Shown one piece after another: positions 32,366 through 42,168 of a stretch of DNA of 59,707 bases (the stretch's first letter is position 1; each line of letters starts with the position of its first letter). The position numbers were made by a program, and so were the translations under genes. This DNA is from a virus: IMG/VR virus record IMGVR_UViG_3300045988_124470, positions 1 to 59,707 of that record. One strand, 5' to 3'. Below the pieces are notes generated by a model. That model had not been told where the DNA came from. It saw only the letters and a program-made list of their open reading frames with translations, and searched no databases.

Positions 32366-33705
32366 AATTAGGATTTTTAGAACTTATGGACACATCCGGT
32401 CTGTCTGAAGAAAACAAAAAGTTTTTTGAATCTTTGGACGAAAAAATGGGAGAAGCTTTTGAAAAACAAGTGAAAGGCTATCTTTCGGATGAAGTTAAAC
32501 TGGAAGATTTGCGCAAATCCATAAAGGATGCCGCTGATTCCATAAACGACATCAAGGAAAAGGATTTTGCCGGCATTGACAAAAAGACTTTTGAGGAGAA
32601 GGTTAATGAACTGGAGAATGCCATTTTACGTGTAAAGGCTTCTACTGAAGTGGGTAAAAACGGAGAGGTAAAGATTAAATCCGTTTATGAGCAGCTACAC
32701 GAACAGCTCAAGGAGTATATTACCGCAGACAAGAAAGGTATTATGTCCCTCGATTTGAAATCGGCTTGCCAGGCGGCTCCTGGCAATAAGTTGGGATTAA
32801 ATCTTGTGTTGGAAAAGAAAGATGCCGCGACTATTACTTCCGGGTCTCTTGCTCCGCATTACGGGATTGAGGTTGACCCAAATTTATCAGTCAATCCGAG
32901 AGCGCAGACTGTCATTCGGAAATATGCAAATGTATCGAGCACCAACAATCGGGCTTTGGTTTATGCGGAATACACAAGCAAGGATGGGGATGCTGCATGG
33001 GTTCCTGAAGGTGGATTAAAGCCCCTTATGGATGCGACATTGACGGAAAAAACGGTGACGGCCGCCAAAGTTGCAATTGCCGCCAAGTTTACAGAAGAAA
33101 CCTTGTCCGACTTCCCAAGTTTCGTCAATGAAGTTGAAACGGAAATGATAAACAAACTTGGTATAAAAGAAGAACAGGGTATTTTGTCAGGCAATGGTTC
33201 CAGTGGGGAAATAAAAGGAGTTGCTTCAGATATGCCGGCATTTTCTCTTTCCACTTTCTACGTTGAAAGACCGAACATGTTTGATGCTCTTGTGGCAGCT
33301 TATTCGCAAATTGTATCTACCAGCGAAATGGCATATCGTCCCAACCTTGTATTGATGAACCCATTGGATTATGCGGCTATGCAGTTAGCTAAGGATGCTA
33401 ATGGGCAGTATCTGCGCCCGTTCCGTTATGGAGATGAGCTTATTCAAGGATTACGTGTCGAAACGACTACGGCGATAGAACAAGGTGATTTTATCATGGG
33501 AGATTTCTCATATTTGAATATTCGCGACTTGTGGGCGTTGTCTATTACTATGGGATGGGAAAATGACGATTTCCGCAAAAACATTGTTACTGTAATCGCA
33601 GAGAAGAGATTAATGTGTTATATCAAATCGCAGTATAAAACAGCGTTTGTAAAGGACACATTTGCTACTGTAATAGAAGGTATCACTCAAGGAGTAGGAG
33701 GATAA
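32362..33705 (+). CDS. Major capsid protein (HK97-like, with N-terminal coiled-coil delta/scaffold region)
   Basis: 447 aa following the protease; LVLMNPLDYAAMQLAKDANGQYL is typical of HK97-fold capsids. Confidence 0.8.
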   Translation: MKLGFLELMDTSGLSEENKKFFESLDEKMGEAFEKQVKGYLSDEVKLEDLRKSIKDAADSINDIKEKDFAGIDKKTFEEKVNELENAILRVKASTEVGKNGEVKIKSVYEQLHEQLKEYITADKKGIMSLDLKSACQAAPGNKLGLNLVLEKKDAATITSGSLAPHYGIEVDPNLSVNPRAQTVIRKYANVSSTNNRALVYAEYTSKDGDAAWVPEGGLKPLMDATLTEKTVTAAKVAIAAKFTEETLSDFPSFVNEVETEMINKLGIKEEQGILSGNGSSGEIKGVASDMPAFSLSTFYVERPNMFDALVAAYSQIVSTSEMAYRPNLVLMNPLDYAAMQLAKDANGQYLRPFRYGDELIQGLRVETTTAIEQGDFIMGDFSYLNIRDLWALSITMGWENDDFRKNIVTVIAEKRLMCYIKSQYKTAFVKDTFATVIEGITQGVGG

Positions 33706-33708
33706 AAA

Positions 33709-33939
33709 ATGGCAAAAGAATATAGAATTAATTTGACGAAACGCTATAAAGTAACATTTATCAAAGATGGTGTGAAATATAAGTCCGGTGATGAAGTGTC
33801 AGTCGGTATGGCGCTTGCAAGCAAATTTTATGCGGAAGGTAAAATTGAAGCGACAAACGAACTGATTAACGACGCCAAAATGTTGGGTTGCGAGGAGCTG
33901 TTTACCAAACGTAAATCTGCAAGAAAAGATACGGTATGA
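33709..33939 (+). CDS. Small head-associated hypothetical protein
   Basis: 76 aa directly after the capsid gene. Confidence 0.5.
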   Translation: MAKEYRINLTKRYKVTFIKDGVKYKSGDEVSVGMALASKFYAEGKIEATNELINDAKMLGCEELFTKRKSARKDTV

Positions 33940-34430
33940 TAATTGACTACAAATCTTTCACTGGGTTGCTGAGTGTCGGGATAAATCCTGACACTGGCGC
34001 TCCCTCTATAACAAGAGATGCGGAGTTGGATAAAATAGAATCATATATTTCTGTATATGAACAGGAATATCTAATTCTTATACTTGGTGAGGATATGTGC
34101 AAGGCGTTTACCGATTATCTTAATTCAAAAGACGATAGCGTTGATAATAAATGGGATAGACTGTTTGCTCTTTTATCAGAAAAATACAGCCCTATTGCTT
34201 GCTATATATTTTTCAAGTATATAGCGGACGGAAATTACAGTGTTACAAATGTAGGAACGGTAACCTCTGCTGATGGAGATACTGTTTCTCCACAAGTTTT
34301 GCAAATTAGGGCATGGAATGATATGGTAAATATGAACAAACGTGTTTATCAACTTTTACAAGGCAAGGAATATGCCGGTATATGTTTCAACCCATGTATG
34401 CTGCGTAAAATAAATTGTATGGGGATATGA
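33936..34430 (+). CDS. Hypothetical protein (head-tail joining region, by position only)
   Basis: ORF track; 4-nt overlap coupling. Confidence 0.6.
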   Translation: MIIDYKSFTGLLSVGINPDTGAPSITRDAELDKIESYISVYEQEYLILILGEDMCKAFTDYLNSKDDSVDNKWDRLFALLSEKYSPIACYIFFKYIADGNYSVTNVGTVTSADGDTVSPQVLQIRAWNDMVNMNKRVYQLLQGKEYAGICFNPCMLRKINCMGI

Positions 34431-34948
34431 AATCAGTAAATGATATATTTGCGGACATTGTAAAAAAGGTATCAAAAAGATACGGAAGCAATGTGTCGTT
34501 TTTATTCGGAGACTGGGCTTACATAAGCAATCAACTAACTTTATGGGGCAAAAGTCCTAAGACAAGCAAATTGAAGTTTCCTATAATATGTCTTTACTCT
34601 CCATTTACGGAAGATAGAAGTTCTGCCCAAACAGAGGTTGGATTGGAGTTTATTATCATGGTGAACACTTTGAAAGAATATTCAAACGAAGACCGGCAAA
34701 AGACTTCCTTTGAACAGGTCTTGCGACCTATATATCGCCTTTTCTTGGACGAAATCAAGAAAGATATAAATATTGTTTGTCATTACGATAATGTGGTTCC
34801 ACACTCCTATATTGAAAATTACCGATATGGCAGGGTTGGTGTTATAGGTGAAGACGGCAAACCTTTCAGCGATTTTATTGATGCTATTGAAATGAAGAAT
34901 GTAAATTTAACCATTAAAGAAGTAAAATGTTATGGCAACAGATTATAG
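34415..34948 (+). CDS. Hypothetical protein (head-tail joining region, by position only)
   Basis: ORF track. Confidence 0.6.
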   Translation: MYGDMKSVNDIFADIVKKVSKRYGSNVSFLFGDWAYISNQLTLWGKSPKTSKLKFPIICLYSPFTEDRSSAQTEVGLEFIIMVNTLKEYSNEDRQKTSFEQVLRPIYRLFLDEIKKDINIVCHYDNVVPHSYIENYRYGRVGVIGEDGKPFSDFIDAIEMKNVNLTIKEVKCYGNRL

Positions 34949-35768
34949 AAAATGTCCGGGTGTTGCAACTTTTAATACAGGTAGCTCCGTATGCGTGCTT
35001 GACCCCGGTAAAATAAAAGCTATCATATTGACTATTCACGGTCATAAGATACCTACAGAGAAAACAGCAGAAGCCTTTGAGAAGGCTTGTCATGCAGACC
35101 GTCCCGGAAGAATATTCCCTATTAAAACAATTGTGGAATATGCTCCTTCCGGTGGAGAAGCGCAAACTTCTGCTACAGGATACGGCCCTACAAAAGTCAC
35201 AGGCTATTCTGCAAAAAATGATGTATGGACTTTACAGGATTACGATGCCAGTTTGAAAGCAAATATAATGGCTGCAAAGAATGTGGCATTTGATGCTTAT
35301 TTTGTTGACGAAAACAATGTTGTTTACGGAATGAATGACGGCACCGAAGATTTGGCAGGTATTCCCTTGTCAGGCGTTTATCCTGGTGGGCAAGATTGGG
35401 ATTCCTCCGGCACAGAAGCCAATCTAACTATTGCAACCATGTTCAAGGATTACGAGAAATATGTCAAAAATGAGGATGTGAGAGCCTATGATTTTGATGT
35501 TGTTGATGCATTGAAAGGATTGGTTTATGTCGATTTGGTATTAACGGAATCAAATAAGTATAAATTGATTGAGCACTTCGGGAAGCTGGATATTACGGAG
35601 TACTACGGTGAGTTGCTGGCAAAAAATGCAGAAGAAGTATTGATTGGAGCAACAAGTGCTTCTTATGCTGACGGAGTTATTACTACTGTTGGAGAAGGTT
35701 CTATTACTCTTGCATCTCCCTCTGTATTGCAAGAATCCGGAATTACAGGTATCGAGGCTTGGGTATGA
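34932..35768 (+). CDS. Major tail protein candidate (by position)
   Basis: 278 aa between the connector genes and the tape measure; a strong hairpin terminator lies shortly downstream. Confidence 0.45.
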   Translation: MATDYRKCPGVATFNTGSSVCVLDPGKIKAIILTIHGHKIPTEKTAEAFEKACHADRPGRIFPIKTIVEYAPSGGEAQTSATGYGPTKVTGYSAKNDVWTLQDYDASLKANIMAAKNVAFDAYFVDENNVVYGMNDGTEDLAGIPLSGVYPGGQDWDSSGTEANLTIATMFKDYEKYVKNEDVRAYDFDVVDALKGLVYVDLVLTESNKYKLIEHFGKLDITEYYGELLAKNAEEVLIGATSASYADGVITTVGEGSITLASPSVLQESGITGIEAWV

Positions 35769-35959
35769 TAGTAGAAGGTGTAACGTTCAATGAAGACAGG
35801 GTAAAGAAAATGAAGAAGAGGGACTTCATAGATGCCCATAAGAACGTATTTTTTCTTGACCGCCCGCCCGAAGAAAGGGAGAAGACCCTTTCGTCCATCT
35901 ATGACGATATAACATCCTCTAATGCACCCAAGCAAAAGAAGGATGATTATATATTGTAA
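35759..35959 (+). CDS. Hypothetical protein (66 aa)
   Basis: ORF track. Confidence 0.5.
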   Translation: MGMIVEGVTFNEDRVKKMKKRDFIDAHKNVFFLDRPPEEREKTLSSIYDDITSSNAPKQKKDDYIL

Positions 35960-35976
35960 CTGTGTTGTGCATTCAA

Positions 35977-36000
35977 TTAGGGGCGTTTATTCGCCCCTAA
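35977..36000 (+). terminator. Hairpin terminator candidate
   Basis: 9-bp stem ttaggggcg/cgcccctaa, loop tttatt. Confidence 0.55.
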
Positions 36001-36012
36001 ATTATATCTGTT

Positions 36013-36537
36013 ATGGCGAATATTATTGAAGCAGAAGAAAATATCAGGCGTTTTGTTACAGGGTTCGAGCCGATGATACGAGATGTTATGGTAAAAAATA
36101 AAGAGGAAGTTTCGCAATACATCGTAGAGCAATTATGGTCTGGTATTAATGGCAATGATAAGCCATTACGCCCCACTTACCTCAATGACCCGTATTTCAA
36201 CACCAAAGAAGCAGGACATTGGTACAAGAATGCCAAAGGCTATGCAGCTTTCAAGCAAAGGGTAGCCCCGCTTATGTATTCTTCATTAATAAATGCTCCG
36301 GTAAGTTCTAAGGGAACCCCAAATCTTGTGATAACAGGAGATTTTCACAATTCTATTACAGCTGTACCAACAGATAAGGGATTAAGGATTGAAAGTGTAG
36401 GAATAAGTTTTAGCAATGATATAGAAAAGAAATACGGTCAGGCAATTTACAAGGTCGGTTCTTATGCAAGAAAGGTTTTTATAGAAAAGTATATAAAGCA
36501 AGGTATTGCAGAGTATTTCAGAAAATTCGGTTTATAA
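36013..36537 (+). CDS. Hypothetical structural-module protein (174 aa)
   Basis: ORF track. Confidence 0.65.
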   Translation: MANIIEAEENIRRFVTGFEPMIRDVMVKNKEEVSQYIVEQLWSGINGNDKPLRPTYLNDPYFNTKEAGHWYKNAKGYAAFKQRVAPLMYSSLINAPVSSKGTPNLVITGDFHNSITAVPTDKGLRIESVGISFSNDIEKKYGQAIYKVGSYARKVFIEKYIKQGIAEYFRKFGL

Positions 36538-36719
36538 TGGGCTGTGCGTGTGAAAACAAAAAGAGAATGGCAGATATAGCTAAGATGCGTTCGCTTGCAA
36601 GAAAAGCCGCAAAGATGGAGGGGAAAGTATATATCCTTTATGAGAAAGACGGGGTTTTCAATTTTTGCCCGAGAGGCGAAACGTTCAACGGGAAACTGAT
36701 TGAATATGTTTGGTTCTAA
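36537..36719 (+). CDS. Hypothetical protein (60 aa)
   Basis: ORF track; the start overlaps the upstream stop. Confidence 0.5.
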   Translation: MGCACENKKRMADIAKMRSLARKAAKMEGKVYILYEKDGVFNFCPRGETFNGKLIEYVWF

Positions 36720-36737
36720 TTTAGAGAAAATATATCT

Positions 36738-36992
36738 TTGCTGAAAAATATTCTTATTATGGCACAAGAAAGTAAATACGCATACGATGAGGATAGTGTA
36801 AAGGCTATCGTTCATTGGGCTTTAACGGCTCAATTACCCACTCAAATAGAGTTGAGCGAATCGGAGAATATATTAGATGTTCAAAAGTACATACAGGCGA
36901 ATATACACGATATAAACCAGCATTTTCCAGATCCGTTTTACAATCCGGCGATTGACAGGCTGTATAGATTGAAAGAGTTTATGGAGAAATGA
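36738..36992 (+). CDS. Hypothetical protein (84 aa)
   Basis: ORF track. Confidence 0.55.
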   Translation: MLKNILIMAQESKYAYDEDSVKAIVHWALTAQLPTQIELSESENILDVQKYIQANIHDINQHFPDPFYNPAIDRLYRLKEFMEK

Positions 36993-36996
36993 ATAA

Positions 36997-37026
36997 AAGC
37001 CCTAAGCGGGATGGTTTAGGGCTTTA
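36997..37026. terminator. Bidirectional rho-independent terminator
   Basis: 10-bp stem aaagccctaa/ttagggcttt flanked by A/T runs, between convergent genes. Confidence 0.75.
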
Positions 37027-37299
37027 TTTTTTACCATAGTGATACCTCATAGAGAGCACATAAACTGTGATTATTTCATCATTAACTGAATAGATAATGC
37101 GATGCTCCGAATTTATGCGCCGAGACCATTTGCCGGACAAGTCATATTTCAGAGATTCTGGTTTGCCTATTCCGGTATAAGGGTGTTTGGCTATATCTTC
37201 AAGCAGTGACAATATTTTATTTATTATAGCCTTATTACCGCTTAGTACAAAATATTGGTATTCTTCTTTTGCTTGTGCGGAAAGTGTTATTTTGTACAT
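37024..37299 (-). CDS. yoeB: YoeB/Txe-family type II toxin (mRNA interferase)
   Basis: HPYTGIGKPESLKYDLSGKWSRRINSEHRIIYSV...RYHY is the YoeB signature. Confidence 0.9.
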   Translation of the reverse strand: MYKITLSAQAKEEYQYFVLSGNKAIINKILSLLEDIAKHPYTGIGKPESLKYDLSGKWSRRINSEHRIIYSVNDEIITVYVLSMRYHYGKK

Positions 37300-37577
37300 A
37301 TAGCCCGATTTAAAAAGTCCGACATACTTTCTCCCTCATGTTGAGAAACGTAATTCCCATTCTTAATATCTTCTTCCCCTTTTCTGATAGCTTCCATCGT
37401 TGCCGGAGATTTCATTATATATTCAGTTTCTTTAATGGAGTTGTATTCATCTAAAGATATGACGACAACGCTTTCATTGCCGGCACGGTGCACCAGCAAC
37501 GGCTCACTGTCATTTATCACACCATCAAGATAGTGCTTAAGGTTATTCCTTAGCTCTGAATAGTTAGCTGTTCTCAT
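37287..37577 (-). CDS. yefM: YefM/Phd-family antitoxin
   Basis: MRTANYSELRNNLKHYLDGVINDSEPLLVHR...VVVISLDEYNSIKETEYI; overlaps yoeB by 13 nt. Confidence 0.9.
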   Translation of the reverse strand: MRTANYSELRNNLKHYLDGVINDSEPLLVHRAGNESVVVISLDEYNSIKETEYIMKSPATMEAIRKGEEDIKNGNYVSQHEGESMSDFLNRAICTK

Positions 37578-37597
37578 AATCTACTTGTATCTATTGT

Positions 37598-37630
37598 TTA
37601 GTACAAATATAGGTACTTATTTTTGTACTT
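37598..37630. promoter_or_regulatory. Putative yefM-yoeB operator (GTAC-core repeats)
   Basis: Inverted repeat AGTACAAA(37600-07)/TTTGTACT(37622-29) with a third GTAC at 37613-16; the cores are spaced 12 bp apart. Confidence 0.5.
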
Positions 37631-37656
37631 GCAAGAGATTGCAAATATAGGAATGT

Positions 37657-37714
37657 AATTTAGACAAATTCTAAATAATTTTATATCTTTGCATTATCAT
37701 GTAATGTTGCATGA
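37657..37714 (+). promoter_or_regulatory. Late promoter/leader-hairpin module copy C (upstream of tape measure)
   Basis: -33-like TTTA (37659-62), -7 TAtcTTTG (37684-91), hairpin tcatg-TAATGTTG-catga (37697-37714); ATG 19 nt downstream. Confidence 0.6.
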
Positions 37715-37732
37715 CACCCAATATTAGGACTT

Positions 37733-40700
37733 ATGGCAAACGAATTTGTAATTACCGACGTAGTAAGGAAAGAAGCCTTCGACCAATTAGACAAGCTTAT
37801 CCTTAAGTACAATGAGGCAAAAGGTACTTATGTAGCATTTACTAAAGAGCTGGCGAAATCATACAGTATTCCGGTTTCTAATTATGACGACTTGACTAAT
37901 AAGGCGAGATTATTTGAAGAAACTCAAAAAAAGCTAATCACAACAGAGAAGGAACTTAACAACATTCAAAATGAATATAAGACGCTCTTAAGAAATATTG
38001 CAGAGGAAACTAAGAAAGCAACCAAAGAAGCTTTAGAGCAAGCAAGAGCTAACAATTTGAATGCGCAGGCAGAATTAAAAGCTGCCAAAGCTGAAACCGA
38101 GAGGTTGAAGCAACAAAAAATGCTCAATCAAGAAAAGAGGAAGCTTAAAATTACCACGCAGGAAGCTATCGCTTTGACGAATAAAGAAGTTCATTCTATT
38201 AATGAGGCAAAAGAACAAAATAAACTACTTCGTATTGCGGTTTCCCAAGTTACCGATGCGGAAGATAAAGATAATAAAATACGCCAACAACTTAACAATC
38301 AGATAGTCAAGAATACAGAATATATAAGAAGAAATTCCGATTCATATACTAAACAAAAGATGGCTATTGGGGCGTATAGGAACGAGATAAAAGCTGCAAT
38401 AGTTGAATTACAAAACGGAAATAACGCATTTAAAAATTTAGGAATTGTCGCAAAAGGATATGGAAATATTTTAAGATCAAATGTCGCAGGCGGAATCAAT
38501 GAAATTAGAGTTGGCGTTGGTTCTATGATAAAAGGGATGATTGGAGCGCAAGCTGTTATTGGTGGGTTTCAAAAGTTAATAGGCTTATTTAAATCAGGCG
38601 TGCAATCTATTATTGATTTTGAAGCAGCAAATAGTAAATTGGCGGCAATTTTGGGAACCACATCTAAAGATATAAAAGATTTAACGGCCGACGCTCAACG
38701 ATTAGGCGCAGCAACCAAATATACAGCAGCACAGGCTACTGATTTACAAATAGAATTGGCTAAATTGGGATTCTCCAAAACTGAAATCTTACAATCAACA
38801 GAATATGTTTTAAAATTCGCCCAAGCAACCGGTTCTGAATTGCCGGAAGCAGCTGCTCTTGCTGGTGCTTCCCTTAGAATGTTTAATGCTGACACCTCAG
38901 AAACAGAAAGGTATGTATCAGCGATGGCAGTTGCTACAACCAAAAGTGCATTATCGTTTTCTTATTTGCAGACAGCAATGCCAATTGTAGGCCCGGTGGC
39001 AAAGGCTTTTAATTTTCAGATAGAAGACACTTTGGCATTATTAGGGAAGTTGGCCGACTCTGGATTTGATGCGTCTATGGCTGCAACAGCTTTAAGGAAT
39101 ATATTTCTTAATCTCGCTGATAGTAATGGTAAATTGGCGAAATCTTTAGGTGGTTCAGTTAAAACGTTGCCTGAACTGGTAGAAGGATTAAAGAAGTTGA
39201 AAGAGCAAGGTGTAGATTTGAATACTACACTTGAATTGACGGACAAAAGAAGTGTTGCCCAATTCAACACATTGCTTACCAATATTGATGCGCTTATTCC
39301 TTTAAGAGAGCAGATAACCGGGGTAAATAAGGAATTGGGTGATATGGCTGATGAAATGGGTAACAATGTACAAGGGGCAATACTCGGATTGTCTTCCGCA
39401 TGGGAAGCTTTTATGCTCTCTTTTATGGGTTCTGCGGGGCCGGCTAAGGATGTGATAGATTTCTTTACAAGAGGTATTAGAAATATCGCCAACCAATTAA
39501 AAGACGCCAATCAACTGCAAGATGATTATAACAACAGAGCTGTTGCTATGGCTCAAAATGAAATGGCTAAATCAGGTATTCTTGAAAAGAACATCAATAA
39601 CATGCAAAACTTGTACCAAGAATATATCAACTCTGGTATAACAGCTGACGAAGCCGCAAAAAAGGCAAAAGAAGAATATATTGAAACCTTGAAATCAAGA
39701 CTTGAATTTGAAAACACTGACTATCAATTAGCTATTACCAAACGCAATAAATTGGAAGACGAATTAAAAAATAGAGGATTTTTCACTATTCTAACTTCAT
39801 GGAAAAGAACAAACAGCGTTATCAAAGATGAGATTGATATTGCGACTAAAGCCGCCGCTGGGAAAAAAGCAATATCATCTATTACAGAATCATTGATAAA
39901 TCAACTTAATAAAATTGATTTAATGGGGAGTGATATATCTACAACCGGAAAGAGTGGAGTGCTAACAGATAAAGAAAAGAAAGCGTTAGAGAAAGCTGCT
40001 AAAGAACGGCTTCGCATCCGTGAAGCCTTACAACAATCTGAACTGGATTTAATGGATGAAGGGTTGGAGAAAGAACTTGCTAAAATATCATTAGATTATA
40101 GTAAGCGGATAGCGGCAATCAAAGGCAATTCTAAAGAAGAGCAAAAAACAAGAGAGAACCTCGCAGAAGCAATGCAAAAAGCATTAGAAGAGAAACAGAT
40201 TTCTTACGGCCTTAACAGGGAGAAATCTCAAATTGAAACAAAATTAGACATTGTAAAAAAAGGAAGCGAAGAAGAATATAGATTAAGATTAAAATTACTT
40301 GATAACGAAAGGGAACAAGCCATAAATGCAGCCGTAAGAAATGGAGAAGATGTTTTTCTTGTCGATGAAAAATACAAAAGAAAACAATTAGATTTAGAAG
40401 AAAAATATGCTGCTGAAAAGAACAAGAAAATACAAGAATCTTATTCTTCTCAATCCGTGATAATAAACGCTGAAATGTCTAAGGAGTTGGATGGAGTTGC
40501 TATGCAATACTCTCAAGGATTGATGCAAAAAGAAGCTTATGAAAGAAAGAAACAGGAGATAACAGAAAAATACGCCATCAAACAAGCACGATTGGCAGTT
40601 GATTTAGCCAAAGAGCAACTAAACACGCCCGGTCTATCGGAAGAGGATAGGTTAAAATTGAAGGAAAAGATAGCGGAAGCGGAAATAGCTCTCGCGGAAA

Positions 40701-41584
40701 AGGTCAGGGATGCAGAAGAAAATGCCGTTAATAAATCCGCTGAAGTAACTAAAAAGAAAATGGATAAAATAGCAGAGACCATTCAGGCCATATCTGATTT
40801 GTTAGGTGGATTTGCTGATTTGGGAACTGCCATTTTTGAAAGAAAAATAGAAGAAATAGAAGCTGAACAAGATGCAAACGACGAAGCTTATGATAGAGAA
40901 ATTGAAAGAATAGAAAAGCTTGAGGAGAACGGAGCCATTTCTACGGAAGAGGCGGAAGCCCGTAAACGTGCGGCAGAAGATAAAACAAAACAAAAAGAAG
41001 AAGAAATTGCGAAAAAGAAAGCTGCGTTACAAGAAAAGCAGGCAAAATTTGATAAAGCCAATAATATAATACAAACAATAATGGCTACATCTTTAGCCAT
41101 TATGAAAGCATGGACTAATCCGTTTACAGCTCCTGGCATAATCCCATTGATAATCGCACAAGGAGCAATCAGTCTTGCAACTATCATAGCCCAGCCTATC
41201 CCCAAATACGCTAAAGGAACAAAAGACCATCCGGGCGGTTTAGCCATTGTCGGCGACGGTGGCAAGAAAGAAGGCATTGTAACTGATAACGGTCTTTTTA
41301 TCACCCCCGACAAGCCGACATTGGTAGACCTTCCAGCACATGCGCAGGTGATACCTGATTTGTCATATATCTATGACCGCAGAGGTCTTGCGTCTGATTA
41401 CGGACTATTGGAGCAAAGACTAAAGAATATGAGAGAAGAAGGGGTTGTAGTCAATGTAAGCAACGATTACAGCCGACTTGAAAAGAAGATGGAAAGCAAT
41501 ACCAAACAATTGCAAAGTATCGGAAGAATGATGAAAAAAGCCAATCAACGTGCGGATTATAATTGGATTTCAAATAGAGTATAA
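37733..41584 (+). CDS. Tail tape measure protein
   Basis: 1283 aa with long coiled-coil stretches, Gly/Ala-rich hydrophobic segments and a TMP-core-like region (AATKYTAAQATDLQIELAKLGFS). Confidence 0.9.
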   Translation: MANEFVITDVVRKEAFDQLDKLILKYNEAKGTYVAFTKELAKSYSIPVSNYDDLTNKARLFEETQKKLITTEKELNNIQNEYKTLLRNIAEETKKATKEALEQARANNLNAQAELKAAKAETERLKQQKMLNQEKRKLKITTQEAIALTNKEVHSINEAKEQNKLLRIAVSQVTDAEDKDNKIRQQLNNQIVKNTEYIRRNSDSYTKQKMAIGAYRNEIKAAIVELQNGNNAFKNLGIVAKGYGNILRSNVAGGINEIRVGVGSMIKGMIGAQAVIGGFQKLIGLFKSGVQSIIDFEAANSKLAAILGTTSKDIKDLTADAQRLGAATKYTAAQATDLQIELAKLGFSKTEILQSTEYVLKFAQATGSELPEAAALAGASLRMFNADTSETERYVSAMAVATTKSALSFSYLQTAMPIVGPVAKAFNFQIEDTLALLGKLADSGFDASMAATALRNIFLNLADSNGKLAKSLGGSVKTLPELVEGLKKLKEQGVDLNTTLELTDKRSVAQFNTLLTNIDALIPLREQITGVNKELGDMADEMGNNVQGAILGLSSAWEAFMLSFMGSAGPAKDVIDFFTRGIRNIANQLKDANQLQDDYNNRAVAMAQNEMAKSGILEKNINNMQNLYQEYINSGITADEAAKKAKEEYIETLKSRLEFENTDYQLAITKRNKLEDELKNRGFFTILTSWKRTNSVIKDEIDIATKAAAGKKAISSITESLINQLNKIDLMGSDISTTGKSGVLTDKEKKALEKAAKERLRIREALQQSELDLMDEGLEKELAKISLDYSKRIAAIKGNSKEEQKTRENLAEAMQKALEEKQISYGLNREKSQIETKLDIVKKGSEEEYRLRLKLLDNEREQAINAAVRNGEDVFLVDEKYKRKQLDLEEKYAAEKNKKIQESYSSQSVIINAEMSKELDGVAMQYSQGLMQKEAYERKKQEITEKYAIKQARLAVDLAKEQLNTPGLSEEDRLKLKEKIAEAEIALAEKVRDAEENAVNKSAEVTKKKMDKIAETIQAISDLLGGFADLGTAIFERKIEEIEAEQDANDEAYDREIERIEKLEENGAISTEEAEARKRAAEDKTKQKEEEIAKKKAALQEKQAKFDKANNIIQTIMATSLAIMKAWTNPFTAPGIIPLIIAQGAISLATIIAQPIPKYAKGTKDHPGGLAIVGDGGKKEGIVTDNGLFITPDKPTLVDLPAHAQVIPDLSYIYDRRGLASDYGLLEQRLKNMREEGVVVNVSNDYSRLEKKMESNTKQLQSIGRMMKKANQRADYNWISNRV

Positions 41585-41587
41585 GAT

Positions 41588-42166
41588 ATGATATATAATG
41601 ACTTGGATAAAATATGCCTTTCCCGTTTTATAGACATATTCTTGGGAAACATTGATAAAGTGGTGCAAGGTGGTAAATATAGTACTAAAGAGAAGATTTT
41701 AGCCGCCGAGAAACTGTGTAACGAATATCTGTCAATAGTCGGCGGAAAATCTACAATTTCCTTGATAAGCCGGAGAAACGAAATTCTTAAAATTCAAATT
41801 CGATTAAACTGCCTTGCTGTATGCGAAGGGCTGATTTTATCAGGTGATTGGAGTGATGTTGTAGATGTTATGTCTACTTTAGGCTATAAGTTCAAAGAGG
41901 ACGAACACGATAAGATAAGAAACCGGATAAGCAGCGTTTCCGCCTCTGATAAATATCGCCTTGTAAAATTAGCTGAAACATCTTCCGATATGGGAAAAAC
42001 AAAAATGGATAGGGAATACTTTACCAAAGAACGTGTTTCGTTGATGTCTTATGTAAAAATGCACATTGACGAGAGTACGTTTTCTGCTAAAGAATATGCC
42101 TATATGGTTAGGCGTATGTGTGATGATATAGATGCTATGATACGTTCAACTTCAAAAAAGAAATAA
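41588..42166 (+). CDS. Hypothetical tail-module protein (192 aa)
   Basis: Directly follows the TMP. Confidence 0.6.
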   Translation: MIYNDLDKICLSRFIDIFLGNIDKVVQGGKYSTKEKILAAEKLCNEYLSIVGGKSTISLISRRNEILKIQIRLNCLAVCEGLILSGDWSDVVDVMSTLGYKFKEDEHDKIRNRISSVSASDKYRLVKLAETSSDMGKTKMDREYFTKERVSLMSYVKMHIDESTFSAKEYAYMVRRMCDDIDAMIRSTSKKK

Positions 42167-42168
42167 GT

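Noticed and set aside
38299-41313. Many 60-164-aa ORFs antisense to, or nested in, the tape-measure gene. Similar nested ORFs occur in terL, the capsid gene, the fibres, the RT and 5312..5539
   Set aside because: They lie entirely inside long, well-supported genes on the other strand or frame and have low-complexity composition. They are treated as spurious.
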